Program-made: the position numbers and the translations under genes
Shown here: positions 51,900-60,008 of the stretch, piece after piece
Position numbering within the stretch: the first letter of the stretch is position 1
Layout: each line of letters opens with the position of its first letter
NCBI GenBank assembly: GCA_965232515.1
Contig: CBDDPY010000002.1
Coordinates: 4,096,001-4,160,000, forward strand
Direction of reading: 5' to 3'
Length of the DNA stretch: 64,000 bases
From: Alphaproteobacteria bacterium
Lineage (GTDB): Bacteria > Pseudomonadota > Alphaproteobacteria > GCA-2731375
The notes under the pieces: model-generated
Database searches by the model: none
What the model was told of the DNA's origin: nothing
The model's input: only the letters and a program-made list of their open reading frames with translations

Positions 51900-53216
51900 A
51901 TGAAACATCAGCGCCCGGAAGATCTGCGGCCCGAGATCGCGCTGCTGCTGGCCTGCGCCCGAAGTACCTACGACGACGACGCCAGGGCGCGTATTGCCGG
52001 CCTGTTGCGAACCCCGCCGGACTGGACCTACCTGGTGCAAACCGCGATCGATCACGGCGTTTCGCCGCTGTTGTGTCGGGCCATGCTGCAGGTATTTCCC
52101 GATGCCGTGCCTGATGATGTGCGGGCGGCCGCAGGAACGCATCTCGACGATAATGACGCCGACAACCGTTCGCGTACATCTGAGCTGTTGCGCATCCTTG
52201 CGGCGCTGGCGCAACGGAACATTCCGGCCATTCCGTTCAAAGGCCCGGCCGTGGCCGAACGGATCTACGGCGACTTGTCGCTGCGGCGGTTTCGCGATCT
52301 GGACTTCTTGCTTCGCGAATCCGACATCGACGCCGCGCTCGACGTGCTGCGGCAACTGGATTATCCGACCGAGACCGGCTTCGTCTCGGCGCGCGATCCA
52401 GCCTTTCGCCTGACTCCGGCGCAAACCCAAGCGTTCCGCGACTATGCCGGCGAGTACATCTTCTACAAACGCGACCAAAGCGTGGTGATCGAGCCGCACT
52501 GGCATTTCGCGCCCGCCACCTTGAGCGTCGACATCGACTATACGGCGTTGTGGCGCCGGACGTTCGATGCCGACCTGGCCGGCGCAACAGTCCGCACGCT
52601 GACGCCCGAAGACGAATTGCTGGTGCTTTGCGTCCACGGCTCGAAGGAAATCTGGACGCGCCTGCAATGGATCTGTGACGTCGCCGAACTGATCCGCGCC
52701 TATCCCGGCCTCAATTGGGTCGCAACGCTGCAGCGGGCCGAACGGCAGGGCTGCGAGCGCATGCTGTTGCTGGGACTGTCGCTGGCGCATCGGTTGCTGC
52801 AGGCGCCGTTGCCGCCGACGGTGCGCAAGCTGACCGAGCAAGCGGCCGTAAACGTGCTGGTGCGGGATGTCGAACGCGCGCTGTTCGCCGACCGCGACGC
52901 GCCGACGTCGATCTATTCGGTGTCACTGTTCCGGGTTCGGATGCGCGAAAGACTGCGCGATCGTTGGCGTTACGTCTGGCGCACGATCACCACGCCGCGC
53001 ATTCAGCATTTCGAGATGGTCGCCTTGCCGGATGCGTTGTTCTTCGGCTACGTGCCGGTCAAGCTCGTACACGACTATGTGCTGCTGCCGCTCTGGCTGC
53101 TGGCCAAGCGGGTGCGCGCGGCCATCCTGTCGACCGCAAATCGACCCGTGCAGGAACCGGTGGCCGACCGGACGCCGCCGCCGCGTGACGGCCGACGTCC
53201 GGTTAAACCAACCTAA
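51900..53216 (+). CDS. Nucleotidyltransferase, NTP_transf_5 family (type found in lasso-peptide and HPr-rel clusters)
   Basis: DWTYL...AIDHGV.PL; FKGP..A..IYGD..LRRFRDLDFL (DxD); IEPHW; LCVHGSKE.W.RLQWICDV. Confidence 0.9.
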   Translation: MKHQRPEDLRPEIALLLACARSTYDDDARARIAGLLRTPPDWTYLVQTAIDHGVSPLLCRAMLQVFPDAVPDDVRAAAGTHLDDNDADNRSRTSELLRILAALAQRNIPAIPFKGPAVAERIYGDLSLRRFRDLDFLLRESDIDAALDVLRQLDYPTETGFVSARDPAFRLTPAQTQAFRDYAGEYIFYKRDQSVVIEPHWHFAPATLSVDIDYTALWRRTFDADLAGATVRTLTPEDELLVLCVHGSKEIWTRLQWICDVAELIRAYPGLNWVATLQRAERQGCERMLLLGLSLAHRLLQAPLPPTVRKLTEQAAVNVLVRDVERALFADRDAPTSIYSVSLFRVRMRERLRDRWRYVWRTITTPRIQHFEMVALPDALFFGYVPVKLVHDYVLLPLWLLAKRVRAAILSTANRPVQEPVADRTPPPRDGRRPVKPT

Positions 53217-53223
53217 CGCGGCG

Positions 53224-53403
53224 TCAGACCTGACCGTTTTGGCCGTACGGCACCGTGGCCGTGCCGGCCGCGGCCTGCTTGGCCTTGGCCGAAAGCAGCA
53301 ACGCGACAGCCGGTGCCGTCGCCGCGGCGACGCCTGCCTTTTTCAGGAATTTCCGACGGTCGCTGTCATGCGACGTCTCGGGGGTCTTTTTGCTGTCCGA
53401 CAT
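53224..53403 (-). CDS. 59-aa twin-arginine-leader peptide, putative RiPP precursor
   Basis: GAGGAG RBS; MSDSKKTPETSHDSDRRKFLKKAGVAAATAPAVALLLSAKAKQAAA-GTATVPYGQNGQV; dedicated sigma54 promoter. Confidence 0.8.
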   Translation of the reverse strand: MSDSKKTPETSHDSDRRKFLKKAGVAAATAPAVALLLSAKAKQAAAGTATVPYGQNGQV

Positions 53404-53532
53404 AACGTTCTCCTCACCATTACTTTTGTTGTTTTGGCTTCTCGGCAATACGCGCCAAAAAAACGCTGCACGATCCGATTGCAAGGTCCAGCACAGCTCC
53501 AAACCAAACCCAACAACATCAAGTACTGAAAC

Positions 53533-53548
53533 AGCAATTTCCGTGCCA
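53533..53548 (-). promoter_or_regulatory. sigma54 (-24/-12) promoter of the peptide gene
   Basis: TGGCACG-GAAA-TTGCT: exact consensus with the obligatory GG-N10-GC spacing. Confidence 0.85.
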
Positions 53549-53600
53549 ATACAATTAACCTCAAAAATGCCGGATTTCTGGATTTTGGCAAAGGTGCGAC

Positions 53601-53636
53601 TGTAAAGAATTCCGACAATCGTCGGTATTCTTTACA
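53601..53636. promoter_or_regulatory. Inverted repeat: candidate enhancer-binding-protein site and/or terminator
   Basis: TGTAAAGAATTCCGAC-aatc-GTCGGTATTCTTTACA (15/16 pairs), about 80-115 bp upstream of the predicted start site; overlaps the GMC stop codon. Confidence 0.65.
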
Positions 53637-55179
53637 TGGCGTCGCGATTCAGATGTTCAGCAAGGCGAAGCGCGAGCGCCACCAACGTCAGCGTCGGATT
53701 TGAGCAGCCTGCGGTCGGAAACACGGCACTGCCCGCGACATAAAGGTTGCCGATACCATGCACGCGGCAGTTCGCATCGACCACGCCCTGCCGCGGGTCA
53801 TCATGCATTCGCAAGGTGCCGATGTGGTGGCCGCTGTTGACCGAGCGGCGCAACCAGGTTTCGCTGCTGACATCGACCTGCACCCGACCCGTGCCGGTTC
53901 GGCCCGCCTCGAGGCCGATAAGTTCGTGGGTCCGGCGAATGCTCCGGACCTCACGCTCGCCCAAACGCCAATCGACCCGCGCCTGGCGCAGGCCGAGGCT
54001 GTCTCGGGTATCGGCAAGCGTGACACGGTTGTCCGGGTTCGGCGCCGGCTCGACGCGGCTGTGGAAGTTAAGGAAACCGACGGGCGGGCGGCCGCCGACG
54101 ACTTTGCGGAACAACGCGCGCCCGACACCGTCAATATCGCCGGCGACATTGCGGACATGCGCGCCCAGATCTTCGGGCAGGCTGCCGTCGCCAACGGCGT
54201 CGACGATCGATTTCAACGACGCCACGCCGGCGGAGCGCTGGCCGACGGCCTGCAGCACGACGGTGATGTTGAGCAGCTCCTCCCGGCGTTGTACGCCGGC
54301 CGGCAGGATCAAGATGCCGTGGAACCTGCGATCGACGTCGTAGGCGCGCACGGCCATATCCGGGTCGCTCGGCGCCATGCGGCTTGAGGCCAGCAGCCGA
54401 TGGTCGGTGAAGAAGCGCCCGACGAGATCGCCGCCGTTGCCGAGACCGCCACGCCGGCGCCGGTCCGACAACAGCATCAACCGCGCGTTCTCGATGGCGC
54501 CACAGGCCAGGACGTAGCGATGGCCGGTCACCCGGAAACCGATGCCGGAAAGCGTGGCGCACCGCAGTCCGGTCGCCCGCGCGGCCGTGTCATCGGTCTC
54601 GATCTCGACGACGTTGGCGTGCAGATAGACCGTCACGTTGTCGGCGCGAACCAGATCTTCCCGATAGGCCTGGCCGAAGCGCGTCGGCGGACCCCGCCGA
54701 TAGATCCCGGTCTGAATTCGCGCCGGATCGAACGGCAACGGCGCATCGTCATCCTGGCCGGGCCAGGAGGAATTGCCGTAATCGAATGAACCGGTCTCGC
54801 AGATCGCTTCGGCGCGCCGATAGTAGGGAACCAGCGCGTCGCGGCCGAACGGCCAACCGCTATGCGGCACCCAGGGACGCGCCTCGAAATCGATCTCGTC
54901 AAAGGGACGGCAATTGCCTTCCCAATGGTTGGTGCTGCCGCCGAAGTAGCGCAGGCGGGTGGCGTCCAGCGGATCGTATCTGTCATCGACGACCTCGCCG
55001 GCATAGAGTGCCTGGGTCTCGGCCGCGAACTCGAAGCCGCCGCTTTCCAGCACGACCACGCGATGCCGGGTGCCGGCCAGTTCACGGGCGATACTGATCC
55101 CGGCCGCGCCCGCGCCGACGACAACGATATCGGCATCGATGATGGTGCCCGCCGGCAGGCTGCGCGCGTCGAGGATCAA
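53632..55179 (-). CDS. GMC-family FAD-dependent oxidoreductase
   Basis: VVGAGAAG, FGGSTNHW, LACGAIENARL, VGRFFTDH, HHIGTLRM, GVVDANCRVHG, SNPTLT; TTG start abuts the upstream TAG. Confidence 0.92.
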   Translation of the reverse strand: MILDARSLPAGTIIDADIVVVGAGAAGISIARELAGTRHRVVVLESGGFEFAAETQALYAGEVVDDRYDPLDATRLRYFGGSTNHWEGNCRPFDEIDFEARPWVPHSGWPFGRDALVPYYRRAEAICETGSFDYGNSSWPGQDDDAPLPFDPARIQTGIYRRGPPTRFGQAYREDLVRADNVTVYLHANVVEIETDDTAARATGLRCATLSGIGFRVTGHRYVLACGAIENARLMLLSDRRRRGGLGNGGDLVGRFFTDHRLLASSRMAPSDPDMAVRAYDVDRRFHGILILPAGVQRREELLNITVVLQAVGQRSAGVASLKSIVDAVGDGSLPEDLGAHVRNVAGDIDGVGRALFRKVVGGRPPVGFLNFHSRVEPAPNPDNRVTLADTRDSLGLRQARVDWRLGEREVRSIRRTHELIGLEAGRTGTGRVQVDVSSETWLRRSVNSGHHIGTLRMHDDPRQGVVDANCRVHGIGNLYVAGSAVFPTAGCSNPTLTLVALALRLAEHLNRDAM

Positions 55180-56361
55180 CTACTCGAGCGCCCGGATCAG
55201 CGCAACGGCGTCGTCGAGAGACGACATCGGCAGCGCATAACACTCGACGCCGGCGGCCCAATCGACCATCGCCTTGACGCGCTCGACGTTCAGCGGCGCC
55301 GGGATCGCCAAGCACTCGTCCATCATCCGGTGCAGGGCGGCCACCTTGCCGATCGGTTCCAACGCCGTTTCGGCATCGGCCGCATAGCGCGGGAAGATCA
55401 GGCGACGCACGGGCTGCGCCGCATTTGACGTGGGCCGCATGTCGGCCGGCGGCGACAGGTATCGCACGACCTTGCCGTCCCCGCGGTGGTGCGTTTTCAA
55501 GTCGGCGAGTTCGGGATAATAGGGCGTCATCAGATCCCAGCCCTCGCGCTTGAAGCACATCGACAGCGGCACGGGCACGGCCTGGAACGTGGATTCCGAC
55601 AGCAGCGCGACTTCGTCGGAGAAGTACTTGAACCCTGCGCGGCAGAGCGCGGCCGTCAGCGACGACTTGCCGCTGCCGGGCGCGGCGGGCAGCAGCGTGC
55701 AGGCCCGACCGTCACTGACCACGCCGGCGTGGATATTCAAAAAGTAGTCGGCGCCGCGCAGTGACAGCTGCCAAATCAAGCCCTTCACGATCGGCGCCAG
55801 TTGGTCGTAACGCGCGCAGCGGCAAAACGGTGATTGGTCGAGATAGATCAGATGCCCGTCGCGGGTCGCCACGATGTCGACCAAGCTGTCGGCCGGCGCA
55901 GTCGCAACGGCGAGATGCGCGATCGCCGTATGGACCCATTCGATCTGCGCCGGCTCGTTGCAACGCACCTCGACGCGATGATCCAGCAGCGCATAGTGCC
56001 GGCGCTCGGCGCTTGGCACGGCCGCGAACGGCGGCAGGCCGCCATCCGCTTCGAGCGCCGGCGGCGCGGGCACTTCCGGCTCGCGTGGATTGGCGCCCTG
56101 CAACAGACCCAGCGTGCGCCACTGCGCCAGGATATCGGCCACATGCCGTTCGGCCTCGCTGTCGGCGAAGCCGAACGTCGCCGACATCGCCGTCGCGATC
56201 GCCGCCGGTGAGACGCCTTCCTCCAACTGGCACCAAACATAGGTCGCCGTCGTGTTGAGCGCGTAGATCTCCTGCGCCGCGTCGGCGTAGAGCAGCCCTT
56301 CATCACCGAGGATGAAGAGATGCACGTCGTCGCCTGGTCGAACCGCCGCGGTCACGGGCAC
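55180..56361 (-). CDS. PqqD/RRE domain fused to an HPr-kinase-related P-loop kinase
   Basis: N-terminal GDEGLLY...IYALNTTATYVW..L...IA..M...F...A...V...L.....GLL (PqqD fold); C-terminal IHAGVV, PGSGKSSL, YFSDEVALL, LIFPRY. GTG 56361 follows GGGAG. Confidence 0.88.
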   Translation of the reverse strand: MPVTAAVRPGDDVHLFILGDEGLLYADAAQEIYALNTTATYVWCQLEEGVSPAAIATAMSATFGFADSEAERHVADILAQWRTLGLLQGANPREPEVPAPPALEADGGLPPFAAVPSAERRHYALLDHRVEVRCNEPAQIEWVHTAIAHLAVATAPADSLVDIVATRDGHLIYLDQSPFCRCARYDQLAPIVKGLIWQLSLRGADYFLNIHAGVVSDGRACTLLPAAPGSGKSSLTAALCRAGFKYFSDEVALLSESTFQAVPVPLSMCFKREGWDLMTPYYPELADLKTHHRGDGKVVRYLSPPADMRPTSNAAQPVRRLIFPRYAADAETALEPIGKVAALHRMMDECLAIPAPLNVERVKAMVDWAAGVECYALPMSSLDDAVALIRALE

Positions 56362-56572
56362 GCTCCCGCCATTTCTTGGTTTTTCGCTCCGGCCCAACCT
56401 AATAGGCCGGAGAAGCTTGTAAATAGGCTAACGGCCGAGCCATTCGGCGCGGTGGCGACAAACGCAATCGTGATTTGGTCCGGCGCGACACGATCGGAAA
56501 AGATATCGCTCAGGCGGGGCCGGGCGAAGGTGGCGGCGGCATGTCCGTTGCGACCGTAGATGGGACCTGATC

Positions 56573-56908
56573 ATGAGAGCTTGGAAATTCTCGCCTGTCA
56601 TCCTCATGGCCCTTGCCCCGTTCGGCGACGGCGCGCTCGCGACCGGCGACCGCGATGCGCGGGCCTGTCTCGACGCCAGCCGATCGCACGTCGAGCGGCT
56701 GCCAGTACAAAGCGGCGACGTCACCGGCGTCACCATTGTCCCGCGCTTGGATCTGCATCGCGAGGGCCCGTATCTGGTCGGCTACGAAGCCTATGTCAGG
56801 CTGCAATCGTGCACCGGCTCACTGGTCCTTAACCTGAACGAGGACTGCAGCTTCCGCGACGCCTACACCCGTGGCGCCTGCAAGATCCAGGGCCTGCCGG
56901 ATTACTGA
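56573..56908 (+). CDS. Small secreted protein with 4 Cys
   Basis: Signal peptide ending ALA; YVRLQSC.GSLVL.L.EDC....YTRGAC.I.GL. Confidence 0.7.
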   Translation: MRAWKFSPVILMALAPFGDGALATGDRDARACLDASRSHVERLPVQSGDVTGVTIVPRLDLHREGPYLVGYEAYVRLQSCTGSLVLNLNEDCSFRDAYTRGACKIQGLPDY

Positions 56909-57819
56909 GACGGCGGGTCCAGCCAGTCCAGGACCAGGCGGCGGCTGATCGAGTCGGCCGGCGGCAGAATCAGATCGCCGGCGTCGACGGCGGGGCCGAT
57001 CTCGTCGCGATGATACCAATCCGCCTCGGCGATCTCCTCGCCGTCGACCTTGATGTTGGTGGTCAGCGCCGTCGCGGTAAAGCCGACCATCAGCGACGAG
57101 GGAAACGGCCAGGGCTGAGAGGAATGATAACGGACCTCGCCAACCTCGATTCCGGTCTCCTCCGCCACTTCGCGCCTGACGGCATTCTCCAGACTCTCGC
57201 CGGGCTCGACGAAGCCGGCGATCGTCGAGCGACGCGGCCTCGGCCAGATCCGCCGACGCGCCAGCAGGCACCGGTCGCCGTCCGTCACCAGCATGATCAC
57301 CGCGGGGTCGGTGCGCGGAAAATGCAGCTTGCCGCATGTCTTGTCCTGGCAACGGCGCACATGGCCGGCGCGCTCAGCCCTCGTCGCCGTGCCGCAGGCG
57401 CCGCAAAAGGCGTGCGTGGCATGCCAATGCGCCAGACCGCGGGCCAATGCCAACAGAGCAGCGTCGCGGTGCGCCATGTCCATGGCGGCATCGCGCAGAT
57501 CGACCAGACGGCCGTCCGCCAGCAATCCGTTTTCGGCGTCATCGATGTCCGACAGGTCGATGGCGAAATGCGCCGTCTCGCCGTCCACGCCGAGCAGCAT
57601 CGGCACGCGCTTCTCCAACAGCGGCGCGACGGTTTTCAGCGCGAGGCCGATCGGCCGGGGCCGCGTCTCCGCGCTGATGAAATTCTTCAGCCGCCAAAGC
57701 GGGTAAAACCGGCTGCCGGGATCCGACAGCTTGGCGTTGACCCAGTCCGGATCCTCGCGGGCCGCGGCGGCGCGGTCCCAGGCCGGGTCGACGTAATGAT
57801 TGTCCCGAGGACCCGGCAT
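56902..57819 (-). CDS. nudC: NAD(H) diphosphatase
   Basis: FCGACG zinc ribbon, FPRTDPAVI, Nudix box AGFVEPGESLENAVRREVAEETG, SQPWPFPSSLM. Confidence 0.95.
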   Translation of the reverse strand: MPGPRDNHYVDPAWDRAAAAREDPDWVNAKLSDPGSRFYPLWRLKNFISAETRPRPIGLALKTVAPLLEKRVPMLLGVDGETAHFAIDLSDIDDAENGLLADGRLVDLRDAAMDMAHRDAALLALARGLAHWHATHAFCGACGTATRAERAGHVRRCQDKTCGKLHFPRTDPAVIMLVTDGDRCLLARRRIWPRPRRSTIAGFVEPGESLENAVRREVAEETGIEVGEVRYHSSQPWPFPSSLMVGFTATALTTNIKVDGEEIAEADWYHRDEIGPAVDAGDLILPPADSISRRLVLDWLDPPSQ

Positions 57820-57820
57820 C

Positions 57821-58450
57821 TCAGGACGCATCCGGGTTGATGCCGGCGGCCATCGCCATGCGCACCAGGTGCGAGAGGCTCTTGGCCTGGGTCTTCTCCA
57901 TCACGCGGGCACGGTGGTTCTCCACGGTGCGCGGGCTGATGCCGAGCTCGTAGGCGATGATCTTGTTCGGCTGACCGATCACCAACTTTTCCAGGACCTC
58001 CCGTTCGCGCGGCGTCAGCTGCTGCAGACGCGCCGCGACTTCATCCGAACGCCGGTCGCTGGCAACGGCAGCCGTTGGCGGCGGCGCCGTGAGCGCGGCC
58101 TCGATCCGCTCCAGGATGGTCTCGCCGTTGAACGGCTTTTCGATGAAGTCGGCGGCGCCGGCCTTCATCGCCTTGACCGCCAGCGGCACATCGCCGTGGC
58201 CGGTGATGATCAGCACGGGCGGCGGGCGGTCGATCTTCTGCAGGCGCTGCAGGATGGAGATGCCATCCATGTCGGGCAGGCGGACGTCAAGCACGATACA
58301 GGCGGCATCCGACGGATCGAAGCCGGCGAAAAACGCGGCGCCCGAGGCAAAGGTGGCGATCCGCCGACCGATACCTTCGATCAGCAGCGTCAGCGAGTGC
58401 CGGATCGATTGATCGTCGTCGACGACATAGATCTTGTCGGCGTCCGACAT
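57821..58450 (-). CDS. FixJ-family response regulator
   Basis: YVVDDD, LDVRLP, ITGHGDVPLAVKAMKAGAADFIEKPF, LTPREREVL, ISPRTVENHRARVMEK. Confidence 0.95.
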   Translation of the reverse strand: MSDADKIYVVDDDQSIRHSLTLLIEGIGRRIATFASGAAFFAGFDPSDAACIVLDVRLPDMDGISILQRLQKIDRPPPVLIITGHGDVPLAVKAMKAGAADFIEKPFNGETILERIEAALTAPPPTAAVASDRRSDEVAARLQQLTPREREVLEKLVIGQPNKIIAYELGISPRTVENHRARVMEKTQAKSLSHLVRMAMAAGINPDAS

Positions 58451-58579
58451 GTCTGTTCCCTCCCGGCGGCTCGCACTGCTCCGACCCCCATTCGTCATCG
58501 TCACCGACGGCGCTGCCCCTAGCCCGTCTGGGTAAGATTACGCAGGTATTATCCCCGATTCATCCCGTTAATCTGAATC

Positions 58580-58725
58580 GCTATTTACTTCCTTGGGCGC
58601 CGGGCATTCGGACCTTTCCCTCCCGCCCGGTTGCCCATGTTGCGTAGAACGGGTTCCAGAATTGCGACCCCCAGTTCGGTAGCCCGTGGTTGCGGCGGTT
58701 CCTTGGAACCGCCGCTTCTTTTTTT
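58580..58725 (+). ncRNA. Putative three-hairpin small RNA (or attenuator) with a CU-rich anti-SD loop
   Basis: Hairpin GGGCGCCGGGC...TTTCCCTCCC...GCCCGGTTGCCC, a second hairpin ACGGG...CCCGT, then a terminator; no plus-strand CDS upstream. Confidence 0.55.
58692..58725 (+). terminator. Strong intrinsic terminator
   Basis: GCGGCGGTTC-cttg-GAACCGCCGC followed by TTCTTTTTTT. Confidence 0.85.
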
Positions 58726-58859
58726 GACCACGCCATGCCGCCGCGCCTGATGCAGGCTATTCGCCCAAATAGACATACGAAATATGTCGACAAAATCGTC
58801 GGCTTATTGCTGTTATGCTCAAAGTGACAACGTTAGACACAATAATAAGGGGGATTGCG

Positions 58860-59324
58860 GTGCGGTTTTTCGCGGTTCTTTTCATCGCCGTTACGATGCT
58901 TGCCGGTCCTGTTGTCATTGGCACGGCCAAAGCACAGGACGCAACCATCGGGCACATCAAGTCGGTCAAGGGCGAGGCCAAGGCGATGCGCGCCGGCGGC
59001 GACGTGGCGCTCGCCGTCGGCGATCCGGTCTATCGCGAAGATGTGCTGGAAACCAGCACCGGCGGCGCGCTCGGCGTCATCTTTCTCGACAACACGATCT
59101 TGTCGCTCGGGCCGCGGACGACGGTCACGCTGCGCGATTACGAATTCGAGCCGGCGACGGAAAAGATCTCGTTTCTGGCCAGGATCACGCGCGGCACCCT
59201 GCTGTACGTGTCCGGCGTGATCGCCAAGCTGTCCCCCAGCGCGGTCTCGATCGAAACGCCGGTCGCCACGGTCGCCGTCCGCGGCACCCGCTTCCTGGCG
59301 CAGGTCAAGGACGACGGCGGCTGA
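58860..59324 (+). CDS. Secreted stand-alone FecR-domain protein
   Basis: Signal peptide AKA; IGHIKSVKG, GDPVYREDVLET, FLDNTILSLGP, IETPVATVAVRGT. Confidence 0.88.
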   Translation: MRFFAVLFIAVTMLAGPVVIGTAKAQDATIGHIKSVKGEAKAMRAGGDVALAVGDPVYREDVLETSTGGALGVIFLDNTILSLGPRTTVTLRDYEFEPATEKISFLARITRGTLLYVSGVIAKLSPSAVSIETPVATVAVRGTRFLAQVKDDGG

Positions 59325-59384
59325 CGCCGCGATCGCCGACAAATCCGTCTATCGCAGGTTATTGAATTGGGGGATGCGTATCCG

Positions 59385-60008
59385 ATGAGCCGACATATCC
59401 GGACTCCCGCACGGCCGCTCGGCACCCTGTTGCTGATGTTGTGCCTGCTACCGGCCTGCAGCCGGCTGAACGACAACCTTTTCGTGCTGCTGGAAGACGC
59501 CGACGGCCAGGTCGGCTCGATCGAGGTCTCGAACGACAGGGGCAGTCAGACCATCGACCAGACCGGCCAGGCGGTCGCCCTGCGCAGCGCCAACAGCACG
59601 CCGAGCGACGTATTCACCGTATCGCAGGACGATATCGACGAACGCTTCCGCGACGCGCTCGCCGCCGAGCCTGAAAAGCCCGTCAACTTCGTGCTCTACT
59701 TCAAAACCGGCAGCACCGACCTGCGGTCTGAATCGGCCGAACAATTGCCCCAGGTGCTGCAGGTCATCGCCAACCGGACGGCGCCGATCGTCGCCGTGGT
59801 CGGCCACACCGACACCGCCGGTTCGGCCCGCATCAACGCCGCGCTCGCGCTGGACAGGGCGCAGGAAGTGGCGAAGATCCTGACCGGCATCGGCATTCCC
59901 GCCGACCGCATCGAGATCACCTCGCACGGCGAGAACAATCTGCTGATCCCCACCGACGACAACGTCGCCGAGCCGCGCAACCGGCGGGTCGAGATTACGG
60001 TTCGCTAG
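59385..60008 (+). CDS. OmpA-C (peptidoglycan-binding) lipoprotein
   Basis: Lipobox LPAC; FVLYFKTGS, VVGHTDTAG, SHGENN, EPRNRRVEITVR. Confidence 0.92.
   Translation: MSRHIRTPARPLGTLLLMLCLLPACSRLNDNLFVLLEDADGQVGSIEVSNDRGSQTIDQTGQAVALRSANSTPSDVFTVSQDDIDERFRDALAAEPEKPVNFVLYFKTGSTDLRSESAEQLPQVLQVIANRTAPIVAVVGHTDTAGSARINAALALDRAQEVAKILTGIGIPADRIEITSHGENNLLIPTDDNVAEPRNRRVEITVR

Noticed and set aside
53224-53502. 92-aa version of the peptide ORF
   Set aside because: The upstream TTG has no RBS, whereas ATG 53403 has GAGGAG and gives a normal signal n-region.
51900-56361. Calling the cluster a lasso-peptide BGC
   Set aside because: No cyclase or B2 protease in the window. The peptide lacks the YxxP leader motif, the Thr at -2 and an Asp/Glu at core position 7-9.
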